From: Jimgerdemannia flammicorona
Taxonomy: Eukaryota
DNA: 43,199 nt
NCBI GenBank assembly: GCA_003990765.1
Contig: RBNJ01000079.1
Location: forward strand, 1 to 43,199
Reading direction: 5' to 3'
A program made the position numbers and the translations under genes. Below are positions 10,136 through 21,396 of the stretch, piece by piece (the stretch's first letter is position 1; the number at the start of each line of letters is the position of its first letter). The notes beneath the pieces are model-generated. The model was not told where the DNA came from. It saw only the letters and a list, made by a program, of their open reading frames with translations, and searched no databases.

Positions 10136-13100
10136 ATGATAATGAACAATCTATGTATTTTATTGATCAATGTCAATAGATTGCAGGATGGTGTCAAGAG
10201 ACGACAGCTTTTCAGATAGCTTAAAGTCAGGAGGTATGATGTTATGTTTCTTCAGGATGTTCAGGCTTATGGCAAGTCAGACTATGAGATTTGGAGTAAA
10301 GAATGGTATGGTGGAGCAGGTTGGAATAAGCAGGTGGGCATCTTGATTGGAATAGGCAAAGGCGAGTTAGTGGAGATAGAGAGCTTTGGCAACAGAATAA
10401 TTTGGGGAAGATTAAAAGGAGGGGCAGGTGATGGTTTGACAGTTGGATCAGTTTACCTCCCTACAGTTAGCAGAGAGTGAAAGCAATGGATTGAGGGATG
10501 GCAGGCATGGGATGGTCAGGAGGTAGTTGCTTTGGACATTTTGGAGGGGGACTTCAATATGGTGTATGATCGGGTGCTGGACAGATCTGATGGTAGAGCA
10601 GGAGTCGCAGTATCACATGGACTTTCCCATTGGCTTCAGGTGGAGCGAGATATAGACTTGGTGGATGGTGTTCATCAGCGGCAAGGGGATGCAGTGGGAC
10701 CTTTCACCCAGTGGCACCCAGTTGGAACAACCTTGGTTAGGACATGAATAGACTGGGTGCTAGTGGTGGAGTGCTGGGGTAATGTACTGGACATGGCTGA
10801 GATGCACTGGTGCCCTTGGTCAGATCACTGGGGAGTAGAGGTTTGCAGGAGATTCCAAGCAGCAGGTAGTGGTGGTGGATACTGACACCTCAATGTGACC
10901 TTACTCAGAAGAAAGAAGGAGAGGGACAATTTTGTAATAGTTGTGAAACAGGAAGTTAGGCAATGGCAGAGTGAAGGGCAGTTGATAGCAGAATGGTGGG
11001 GTAAATTCAAACACTTGGCTGGTACTTACTGGTGAAATGTTGGAGAAGTGGCAGGAAAAGAACAGAAGAATAAAGAAAGGAGAGTGGAGAAGGGGCTGAG
11101 ATGGCAATTGAAGCTCTTGGAAATGGGGAACTTGTCTGGAGAGGTGTGCCAACGTTTGACATTAGAGGTGGCTGAGTTGCAGGCAGATTTAAAGGAGTCG
11201 GAGACCAGGGTAGTGGATGGCCTGCTGGCCAGGCTATGAGCTAGATGGTTGGAAGAAGGAGAGAGGCCGACAAGATACCTGTCTGGTATCTTAAAGACCA
11301 GGAGAGTATGGTATAGCTGGGCTTCAGTTTTGTGCAAAGATGGAGTAGAGATCTCTGGAATTACTGATATATTAGGAGAGATATCTGGCCAATGGTGGGC
11401 TCTTTGGCAGGATGGTGGGGAGCAGTCTGAGGGCATGGAGTTTGAGGTAGATAATGATGATATGGTGAACAGTTGGCTGGTGGCAGTGATACCTGAGATA
11501 GGGGAAGCGGTCATGAGGGAGGTGTCCCTAGATGAGGTATTGGAAGTACTGAGGAAGATGCAGACTGATTCATCCCCAGGGGAGGATGGGTTGCCCTGGG
11601 AATTCTGAAAGGAGTTCAAGGCTGAGTTTGGTGACTGGTTGGTGGAGATGGCCAATGCTATTCTGAAGGAGGGCTGTTGGATAGACAATGGCTCCTTGGG
11701 GCTAGTTTCTCTTCTATACAAGGAAAAGGGAGATCGACAGGTGTGGCATAATTGGCAGCCTATCATACTGCTGAATGTGGATAGAAAATTGGTGTCGAGG
11801 ATTCTGGCAGGAAGGATGCAGCAGTATATTGGTACACTAGTTGGGGAGGAGCAGTGTGGCTTTATCAAGGGGAGGCAGATCAGAGATAGTACTGCCTGGG
11901 TGCAGAATGTTTTAGAAAGCTGCAGGAGCTGGCAGGTAGATGGCCAGATGGTCTTTCTGGATCAAGAAAAGGCCTATGACAGAGTGCAGTGGAGTTACCT
12001 AGAGGCTGTTCTGAGGAGGGCCGGATTTGGTGTAGTAGAGGCAGGGCATTTGATGGGCTTAGTGTGGGGATGCAGAGCAGCAGTCATGATGAATGGATGG
12101 TATGGACCAGAGTTTGCCTTGGGGCAAGGGGTGCTGCAGGGGGATCCTCTCTCCCCCCTTCTTTATGTACTTTCTCTAGAGCCTCTGCTGGCATGGCTGA
12201 AGGGGCAGCTTATGAGACTGAAGATGGGTGATGTGGTCTGGCAGCTGGGCACCTTTGCAGATGATATGGTAGTAGGGTTGGGTAGTCAGGAGGATGTAGA
12301 AGCCCTGGAAGAAGGGGTTGGACAGTATGAGGGGCTGGCAGGGGTGAAATTGAATTGGGGCAAGTGTGAGACAATGGAACTTGGTACTGGTCTGGGGGGT
12401 CATAGACAATTCAGACAATTGGTAGCTACAGGGAGTATGGTGCAATATCTGGGTATCTGGTTCTCAGTATATGGGACAGTCCTGCCAAAGGAGTGGTGGT
12501 GTGGTTTAATTCAGAGGCTGGAAGATGTGCTGACAGGTTGGTCAGGGAGAAGCTTCTCTCTGGTTGGCAGAATAGTAGTCTTGAATGTGTACTGGCTGCC
12601 CAAACTGTGGTATCTGGGCTATCATCTGGATTTCCCAGGGTGGGTGGTGCAGCAGTTGAAGAAGATTGTCGAAGGGTGGTTATGGCAGGGGAGGCATCTG
12701 CAGATTGGATGGGAAACTTTAGCAATGAGGACTTCCGATGGCAGCCTGGGGTTGGTGGATTTCAGATGCCAGCTGAAGGTGCTTCGGGGCTGGTAGGGGT
12801 GCCGAATGATGGAACTAGATGAAGGAGGTTGGGGCAGGCTGGCCATGGACAATTGGGAGGTCCGGTTCTGCCCTCGTGGTGAGGTTTGGAAGGATATGAG
12901 GGGCTTGCTTCAAGTTAGGAGTATAGGCCGACTGCAGTTTAAGGGGTTCTGGTGGGGTATTGTAGAGGCCTAGCTGGCCATGGGTTTGGTGGGCCCAGAG
13001 ATCAAGGTGGATGAGGACCCTGAGCAGAGGTGGTGGTGACTGGGAGACCTTCAGGTTGGTGGCTATAGTCTGAAGGAGTACTCTCTGATTGAGACAATGG

Positions 13101-13767
13101 AGTGGATCAGATCTGGCCCTCTGGAGAGATGGCCGCCTGGGTGGCAGAGAGCTGGTATCAGAGAAGACTAGGAGTGGGCCAGAATTTGGAATTGGGGAGC
13201 CTCAGTACACAAGATGGTACCACCCAAATACTGGGTGGTTTGGTGGTGCTTCTTAAGGCACAATGTGATGCTGAGCTATCAGACTGGCTGGATGGAGGTG
13301 GATGGCTGTCGGGACTGCGAGTGGTGTGATGAGATAGATGGAGGAGTAGTTCAGACACCAGAACATGTCCTGGGGGCCTGCCTGGGTGTGGAAGGATTTT
13401 GGCAGAGTTTGAAAGATTACTGGAGCTCCGAGAGGCATAGGGCAGAGGATCCGACCAGTCTGGTGGTCAAGTGCTGGCTGGTAGGGAAATTGGTAATATA
13501 TGGGGGGGCCTTGGTTGAGTTTTGGGGGTCTGGGTCTTAATGGCAGTACATTGGCAGTAGATTTTTGAACAAGACCCATGGATGGGAATTGGGGAGATAG
13601 GAGAGTGGTGGAGGTGGCTTCTCCAGGAGATGGTTCAGGGTTAGTGGTATCAGGGAAAGCGACTTCAACCAGGGGCCTTAAAGAAGGTGCAGGACATTGT
13701 ACAGAAGAGTCAAGAGTATCTGGTTTTAGATGATCAAGGGGTGAGATGGAAGGAAGGAGTTGGCTGA
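10136..13767 (+). pseudogene. LINE ORF2: APE endonuclease, reverse transcriptase, C-terminal Cys/His motif
   Basis: INVNRL, FLQD, GSVYLP, GDFN, RID, SDH; SPGEDG, WQPIILLNVDRK, DQEKAYDRV, QGDPLSPLLY, FADD, YLG; CxxC...QTPEHVLGAC. One frame from 10136 to ~13680, broken only by point-mutation stops. Confidence 0.95.
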
Positions 13768-13869
13768 AGTTGGTTGAAGGGTGCTATTTATATGTTAGGA
13801 GTTGTTAGCAGTGATTTGTGGTTAGTTGGTATTGTATTAGATAGTTCATAATAAAGGAGTCCAAGTGAC

Positions 13870-13904
<35 letters not shown>

Positions 13905-13907
<3 letters not shown>

Positions 13908-15890
13908 GCAATACTACATGAGAATATATCAACTATATATAGCTAGCCCTCAAGAAGTTCAAAGAGCATGGCCTCTATATCAAGCCTAAGCAGTGTAAGT
14001 TTGCAGCTCAAGAAATTGTCTATCTAGGACACATCATTAACCAGACTAGAATTCATATAGATCCTATGAAGATTAAGGCTATTGTAGTCTATCCAAGATC
14101 AAAAACAACTATAGAAGTCTCTGTCTTCCTTGGACTGATCTCCTACTATAGAAGATTTATCAAAGAATACTCTAACATTGCAGCACCTATCTATGAGCTA
14201 CTGAAGAAAGAGACTAAATTTGAATAGACCAAGAAATATTAAGAAACCTTCAATGAACTCAAAACTAGGTTGATCTAAGTATCCATCCTCAGAAGACCAG
14301 ATTGAAACCTAGAGTTCATCCTATAGACAGATGCAAGTACTATAGGACTTAGAGTAGTGTTAGCTCAGAAGAAAGATAGATATAAATATGTCATCATCTA
14401 TACAAGCCAAGATACCCATGGAGTAAAACAGAACTATGAGTCATATAAGCTCAAATGCTTAGCAGTAGTCTGAACAGTAGATAAGTTCTACTACTATCTA
14501 GCCAGAAAATACTTCACTATTCAAATAGACCACTTTACTCTTGCCTGACTATTCTACACTCTGAACTCTAAAGGAATATATGCCAGATAGATCTACAGAC
14601 TGCAAGAGTATGACTGTACTATCAAATACTACTCAGAAAGAACTAATTCCAATACTGATGTACTTTTAAGAATACCCCAAAATACCCCTATTAAGACTAT
14701 TTAATATGAATAAAAAGTTATATTATGGATTAATTAGCTATCTTAGACAGTAGAAGATACTTAACTATTTTGAACCCAGACTATTACTATTATCGACTGA
14801 ACTTAGAAACAATTTGAACTAGACAACACTATACTTAGAAAAAGAGAAAAGCTCATAATATCTGAATATAAGAAATATCAAGTAATGAAGAAAGTACATG
14901 AATAAGGATATCTAGAAAAAACCAACATATATGATAAGATAAGAAGAACTATATGATAGTCTAAGATAGAAGAAGACTTGTATCAATTTGTCAAAGGGTG
15001 TAACAAGTACCAAAAATAGAAACAAGATCAGCAAGACCAGATATCCAGATTATTAAGAATCAAACCTATCCTCTTCCACCACATTGCAATAGATATCATT
15101 GAACTACTACCAGTAACTCTATCAGGGAACTGCTATATCATAGTTATTGTAGACCTCTTTACTAAATAGATAGAAGCAGGAGTATTACAAGAAGTCAATA
15201 CTCTCTCTATTACTAACTTCCTATACTGAGAAATTATTTGTTGCTACAAGATACTAAGACAAATCACCACAGACCATGGCACAGAATTTGTCAATAGATT
15301 CCATGAGATAATGTATCAGAAATATAAGATTCAGCACATCAAGACTATGTATATCACCCTCAAGAAAATAGACAGATAGAAAGAACCAATAAGACTCTCA
15401 AGAACATCTTGGCTAAGATCTCAGAAACATACAAAAATTGGGATAACTACCTCTCAACTATCCTCTCTATCTTATAAGATATATAGTCACAGAGCATATA
15501 CTTTATCTCAAGAGAACTGCTCTTCAGAGAAGAAGATTCTGATAGAACCTCAGCTATAAATCTAGACCTAACTTAGTGACAGATTAACTCAGAAATCTGG
15601 AAACTACACCAAATTAGAAAGAAGGTAAAATATTATATCATCAAGTTATAAGTACTAATAAGGAAGAATGCAGAAAAGAATCACAAGACTCTAGAACCCA
15701 TTCAAATCAAAGAAAAGGTTCTATTGTATTGAAATATGGTAAAAGCCTCATGATTATAAAAACTGGAGCTCAAATGGAAAGAACTCTTCTATGTACAAGA
15801 CATCAAGGGAACTATCTTCTGGCTTAGAAACCTCTTAGGGACTATACTGTCTACTATGGTATATAGGAACAGACTCAAGAAGTACCATTA
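13905..15890 (+). pseudogene. Ty3/gypsy pol relic: RT C-terminus, RNase H, integrase with GPY/F tail, no chromodomain
   Basis: KPKQCKFAAQEIVYLGHII; FLGLISYYRRFI; TDASTIGLRVVLAQ; LKCLAVV*; HIAIDII; VDLFTK*IEA; ITTDHGTEFVN; YHPQENRQIERTN; KLELKWKELFYV; RNRLKKYH*. Many stops. The 5' half is absent upstream of LINE C. Confidence 0.92.
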
Positions 15891-16521
15891 ACTCATATAA
15901 GAGAAACAAAACATGATAACTACCTATAAGATTCTAGTCTATAAATAATAACAACATATTCTGTGACCAGCAGGTAATCTGTCTGGACCATTCTCTAAGG
16001 AATATAGTACTAGCAACTACTCATCCATGAGACTTTCAAAGCTAGAGGAGTTCAAATTATCAATTGATTGATCAAGATCAGAATCAGACCCTTGCTCTAT
16101 ATAAAGAGAGTGACCCTTCACCATTATGCCAAAATATATAAAGAAGATGCCAGTCCATAAATACTACTTTTTGACCTCCTTCCAGAGGTTATGAGATTGG
16201 CAAATTTTACAGACTAGATCAATGAATAAGGATATTCAAGAGAAGATCCTTATTTAGAAGAAAGATGTAACAGTAATCTCAGAATGGTGATATTATCACA
16301 GAAGATAGCCTTTCCTTATAAGCCACCAGATCAGAGTATAAGATCATATAGCATAACTCACTCAGGTTACAAGATAAGCAATGATGATCAACTATGAGTC
16401 ATTGCAACCACAAGATAGACATCTCAAGAAATATAAAAGAAGAACTAAAGAACTATAGCAGCAGTAACTCAAACAAGACTCACAAAACCCCAAAATAGCT
16501 CAAATACTCACTATAAATAAA

Positions 16522-16977
16522 ATGCCTACTGCTTACCAAATCTCAAGATCTAGAAACTACTAAGGATTCTCAGTTTAAGAAAGAATGTTCCAAGATATCA
16601 GAAGAGCCATAAGGACCTATACAAGAAGGACTCCTAATATCAGTGACTCTTACTACTTTATTCTTGACTGTTATGAAATGGAAACAAAGATCACTATCAC
16701 TACTGAATACTTCTAGATATAGCAGGAATACAAAATAGGAAATCTCCTCTACTAGGAATTCCCTCAGGTCAGTCTTCAAGAAATACAAGATACTACCTTT
16801 ATAGATGTATACAAATTGAGGGTAGTCAAAAAGATCCATCAGGTCTTCAGTATATACCTTGGTCAATTCTCAACTTAGAGTATACTAGAGTCTCAGACTT
16901 CAAGGAATTGTCAGTCTACCATACAGATGTACTAGAGACTATAGTAGTCTTAGAAGTCTAATCCACTATCACCCTAA
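16522..16977 (+). pseudogene. Decayed extra ORF downstream of the gypsy integrase, function unknown
   Basis: ATG at 16522, then ~115 codons in one frame (MPTAYQISRSRNY*GFSV*ERMFQDIRRAIRTY...EYKIGNLLY*EFPQ...KLRVVKKIHQVF) with scattered stops and codon texture like the adjacent pol. Confidence 0.45.
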
Positions 16978-17099
16978 AAAGTGATGAGGTAGGAGAGTTC
17001 TAGAATTCCATCCTTGAGAACAATCTTGATCAATTTCTACAAGAATTAATCTTAGTATTCCAAGGCCCCAGTATCCAGGTTAGATCTCCTCAAGATCCT

Positions 17100-17712
17100 A
17101 TCTTTGTTTCATACTTTGTAGAGGAGAACCTCATAGATTAGAGAGCCCCTGATCTCTTTGCTCTCCCCACTACTGCTAAATATGATGATATTATCTGTGA
17201 TGATATTATTGGCAATGATGTTATTCTGCTAATTAGTGATATGTATAAAACATGTAAAATATATAAAATTTTTACTAATCTCATCTCCTTTGAAGACATC
17301 CTATCTCTGACCTCTAATCTTAATAATAGTGATAAAGATAAAGTCCCCAGAGTTCTGAATATTCTGCTCTAAGTTCTTTATATAATTGTTTATCTGAACA
17401 TCTAAATCTTCTAGTATTCTTTTCTTATACAACTGAAATCTACTGTACTTATAACTAAAGTTTTCTGTATTCCAGTATCTTATTTATTTGATTACTGAAA
17501 TTTATATTTAGCTTTATATCTTAGCAACTATTGAATTATATTTTGTATAAATACCCCTCTCATTTTCTTTAAAATAAAGTTAGTTCCCTCAGTTCACTTA
17601 TACTCAATTCTATATAAGCAATCTAAGAGATAATAAGACAGTTTAAAGATAAGAAGTTTGAGGACTATAAGATCTTGGAAAGGCACTCCAATAGGAACTT
17701 ACTTATAACAAA
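17100..17712 (+). mobile_element. Possible decayed 3' LTR of the 13905-15890 gypsy element
   Basis: GTATAAATACCCCT at 17545 matches the TATA context of the other LTRs (37238, 26753); possible ATAACA end near 17710. 5' end and PPT not resolved. Confidence 0.35.
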
Positions 17713-17908
17713 CTTATAGTTAGTCTAAGAGATATACCTTGAAGTAAATCTGATATATTTGAAGAACTCAATACCCTCTATATAATACTATTTTTTTAAT
17801 AAAAATAAAAATGGTTGAGTTTATGAACTGCTAAATAAATATATGAATAGAATGTAAATAAAATACTCACTATAGTATAAATTGAACCATTGCTGTCTTT
17901 GACCTTTA

Positions 17909-18284
17909 TAGTGCTCCTAATGAATCAAATCAAAGATCTAATTTGAATTAAATTGAAGGCTAATTCTATTTGAGATCTGATTTGAACTCTATTTTTTGAA
18001 ATATAATAACTCAACAAATACATATCCAAATTTAATGATCTTTAGCTTGTTAGATTTCTCTTATATATATAGAGGAATCTAACAAGCTAAAGATTATTAA
18101 ATTTTGACATATATTAGTCAAGTTATTATATTTTGAAAAATAGAGTTTGAATTAGACCCTTAATTCAATTTAAATTTGATTTGATTTGAACTTGATTCAA
18201 ATTGAAAAATTCCCAATTCAATTTGATTCAAATGATCCTCAATTCAATTCAATTTGAATTGATTTGATTCATTTGCAAGCACTA
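17909..18284. mobile_element. Fold-back MITE copy (older)
   Basis: TAGTGCT...AGCACTA termini; internal palindrome TTTAGCTTGTTAGATT / AATCTAACAAGCTAAA as in 20983-21396; CpGs lost; no TSD seen. Confidence 0.85.
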
Positions 18285-18698
18285 GCTGTCAGTATAGTAT
18301 CATTATCATTTTTTATATGGGTTATAGTTATAAATACTACTCTTGTAGAGCCTTAGAGACTAAAGTATATGAGGACTACTTGTTATCTTACTGTAGAGTT
18401 CTTATAGTAGCATATTGTCTAAAATTATCAATAAAGATAATGATTAATTCATCTGAAGCATATCTGTAAAATACTATTAGTCTTATATCTATCTTATCTA
18501 GATGTTTTAGTTCAATTTATATAGTTGTTTAAGTACTAATAGTTATTTATTATTTAGCTTAAAAGTGAGAGATTCATCTTAAATCACCAGCTAATAGATA
18601 CTAAGTTATAATATAGTAGATGTATAACTATATAAATATATCAGATTTCTATATCTTGAAAACTTAATCTTCTTTAACTCTATAGAGTCCTTGGAATG

Positions 18699-20191
18699 TG
18701 TAAGAGGGTTACTTATTAGAGTAACTATTATGTAGTTCTGAAAGAGTTTTCTGGAAGTTCTAGATATTCTAGAAGACTGTTTTCTTAAGGTCAAGATCAA
18801 TTTCATATAGAGTATGTCCTCTAGCTTATTGATTTCAAGATTGAGTTGACATCTCAACCAAATTCCTTATTTGGACTAGTTCTGGATATTTAGGATTTTC
18901 TGTATTTCAGGAAGTTCAAGAAACTAAGACCAGCTTAGTTGAATCAGCATATCACTGCAGACAATACCCAATTAGAAGATTTCATAATAGGGTTAGAAGT
19001 GAGACCTAATAGAGAGTAGATTTATTTAAGAGTAGTTTGTGAGTTATTAAATAGGTTTATTTGCTATTTATGATATTGCTATACTAGGAGTAGTTGTGTG
19101 AAGGGATATTGTGGGGAAGTATTCAGGAGTTGTATTCAAATTGTTCAAGTCTGAGATTCTGAAGTCTGAGAGAGGGGGTATTTATACTAATAAGGGGCTA
19201 TCTGGACTATACTGAATATAGATGTAGCACTTAGTGCTTTGCTGAGTTGGAATGCAGTCATATAGTATAAGTGTGATCTGATATATCAAGAAATCATCTG
19301 ACTGCTGAGTTAGTTCACAGTCACATCATATAAGACTAATCTAACTATACTATGACCTAAGCTATCTATAGATTTAGATACTATCTGGTTAGTCTTTAAT
19401 AACATCACTATTGATGATATCATCTCTGGTAAAGTCTGAGCAGTTTTCTAACTTCTGATATCATCAGTTTCAAAGGTATCATCACCTCTGTCTCTTGCAA
19501 AATTACAGCTATCCTTGGTAGCAGTGGTTGTATAAGAATAATAGGTCTTGGTTCTCTTTTTTTTTTGGACTGCTGGTACATTTGTAAGGACTGGTCATCC
19601 TTGTCTAGGGCAAGGACTCTCAATATCATGGCTGGGGGTTTGAATCTTTCAGAAATGGTATTTTCTATAATCTGAGGTAATTTCTAATAGTAATATCTAT
19701 CATATAGATGAGCTTGAGATTGGTTTTGACAATGTCAGCTTTCTTGAGTTCAGATGAAGTATCCATCATTCTCCAACAGAGATGACACAGATAGAGCAAA
19801 TAGGGTTATTCAAATGTATTTTGCTTCTGCTAAGTAATGAGGTCTTTATATAGTTGCAGTATATCTTAGTCTTGAGTTGATAAGTATAGTTCATGAACCT
19901 TTGATAGATGAGATAGGATTCTTCTCATCTCAATTTGAGTTTGGTACTTCAGTTTTCTTTTGTAATAATATGGTACATCAAAACTAGTTATAGAGGTTCA
20001 GAGTCAGTCTTATGGTTGTAGTACTTCTTCTGGTATTCTTGTGTCTTGGTAGTAGGTTCTCATACTTGCTGGCATATTTTGTATAATTAGGTGATCTCTT
20101 CAGTAACTTGTTTTGTAGTCTTGTATGTGGTTTCCAAATTAGTTCTGAGGATAATATGTGATTTTGGTGGCTTGGAGGTTATACACTTATA
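18699..20191 (-). repeat. 3' LTR of family 1 copy 1
   Basis: Direct repeat of 23549-25039; follows the PPT AAGAAGGGGAGAG on the minus strand. Confidence 0.93.
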
Positions 20192-20982
20192 ACTCTCCCC
20201 TTCTTAGCTTTTGATATCCTCATCAAGGCCTTCTAATTTGATCTAGTATTATTGTACCATTTGGATAGTTCTTGTGGCTATATTTGTTGAGAATTTGTTC
20301 AACTTTGTATTCTTCTTGGTCATTAATAATGACAGATATAGGTGGGTTTTACAGTTTGGTTCAGAAATATGTCTTGGACTTTCTGGAGTAAGGGTCTGAT
20401 ATAGTGTCAACTTTAGAAAAGTCTTCTTCAGAGTTCTTAGGTTCTCTTTTGGATGAGTGGATGGAGATAGTACAGAGAGGGCATTTCTTGGCCAATTTCT
20501 TAAGCTATAGCTTATTGATATGGGTAATCTTTAGTCCAGGGTCACTAGAACTGAGTGGGTCCCTTTTGCCTTATAGTTTGAAGTTGTGGCATCCTTTCTT
20601 GATGGTCAGAGAATGGTTTATCCAATCAATCATAAAGTTCTCTTATTTCAACCATAGGGTCCCAAGGATGATTTCATTATCAGAAAGTGGTATGATCTAG
20701 AGAGTAATATATACTTGGTAGTTACCAATTCAAAAGAGCAGGTTGTGGACTTCCTTGCCTGTTAGAGTTGATTCAATTTTTTTAAATAGAATTTAAGCAA
20801 TGCAGAAACCAATAGAGATCTTTAAGGGTATCCAACTATGGTTTCAGATGAGGACAATAATTTCATCTATATAGTCTTTATCAATGACTCCTCCTTTTAC
20901 TGAGAGTTTTTTTAATACTAGGCTGCTATGACAGCATATTCTTTCAATATGTCCTTTAGAAATTTGGATACTGATTCCTGTG

Positions 20983-21396
20983 TAGTGCTCCCAACAAATC
21001 AAATCAAATCGAATTTAGCCCAAACTCAATTCGATTTGATCGAATCAAGGGTCCAATTCAATTCGATTCAAATCGAATCAAAGGTCCAATTCAATTCGAA
21101 GTTCGATTCAAACCTTAATTTTCAAAATATAATAACTTGACGAAACCTCATCCAAATTTAACGTATTTTAGCTTGTTAGATTCACCGTATTAATGTGATT
21201 CTAACAAGCTAAAGTATGTTAGATTTGGATGAGTTTATGCTGAGTTATTGCATTTTGAAAATTAGGGTTCAAATCAGACCCTCAATTTGATTTGACTTTT
21301 GATTCGATTCAAATTGAAAAATCCCCAATTCGATTCTACTCATTTAACCCTCAATTCGATTCGATTCGAATTGATTTGACTTGTTTGGGAGCACTA
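20983..21396. mobile_element. Young 414-bp hAT-type fold-back MITE inserted in the dUTPase region
   Basis: TIR TAGTGCTCCCAA/TTGGGAGCACTA; perfect 8-bp TSD TTCCTGTG (20975-20982, 21397-21404); the empty site is visible in copy 2 at ~39885-39900; CpGs retained. Confidence 0.95.

Larger units (their letters stand above)
8051..13904 (+). mobile_element. LINE copy C, near full-length L1/Tx1-type non-LTR retrotransposon (5' boundary approximate)
   Basis: 5' UTR, ORF1, ORF2 (APE-RT-Cys/His), AATAAA at 13850 and poly(A) at 13873-13904. No target-site duplication found. Confidence 0.95.

Noticed and set aside
8707-13579. Many minus-strand Ser/Pro/Thr-rich ORFs (e.g. 11026..11868)
   Set aside because: Antisense shadows of the G-rich LINE ORFs, with no motifs of their own.
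18285-18698. Possible helicase or transposase relic on the minus strand (IIFIDNFRQY; LVI*DESL), continuing at 25045-25330
   Set aside because: Too degenerate to distinguish PIF1-like from DDE-like motifs or from chance; it needs a translated search.
20996-21110. Regular short repeats suggesting a CRISPR array or satellite
   Set aside because: Pentamer subterminal arrays inside a TIR/TSD-bounded MITE; no repeat-spacer structure, and the context is eukaryotic.
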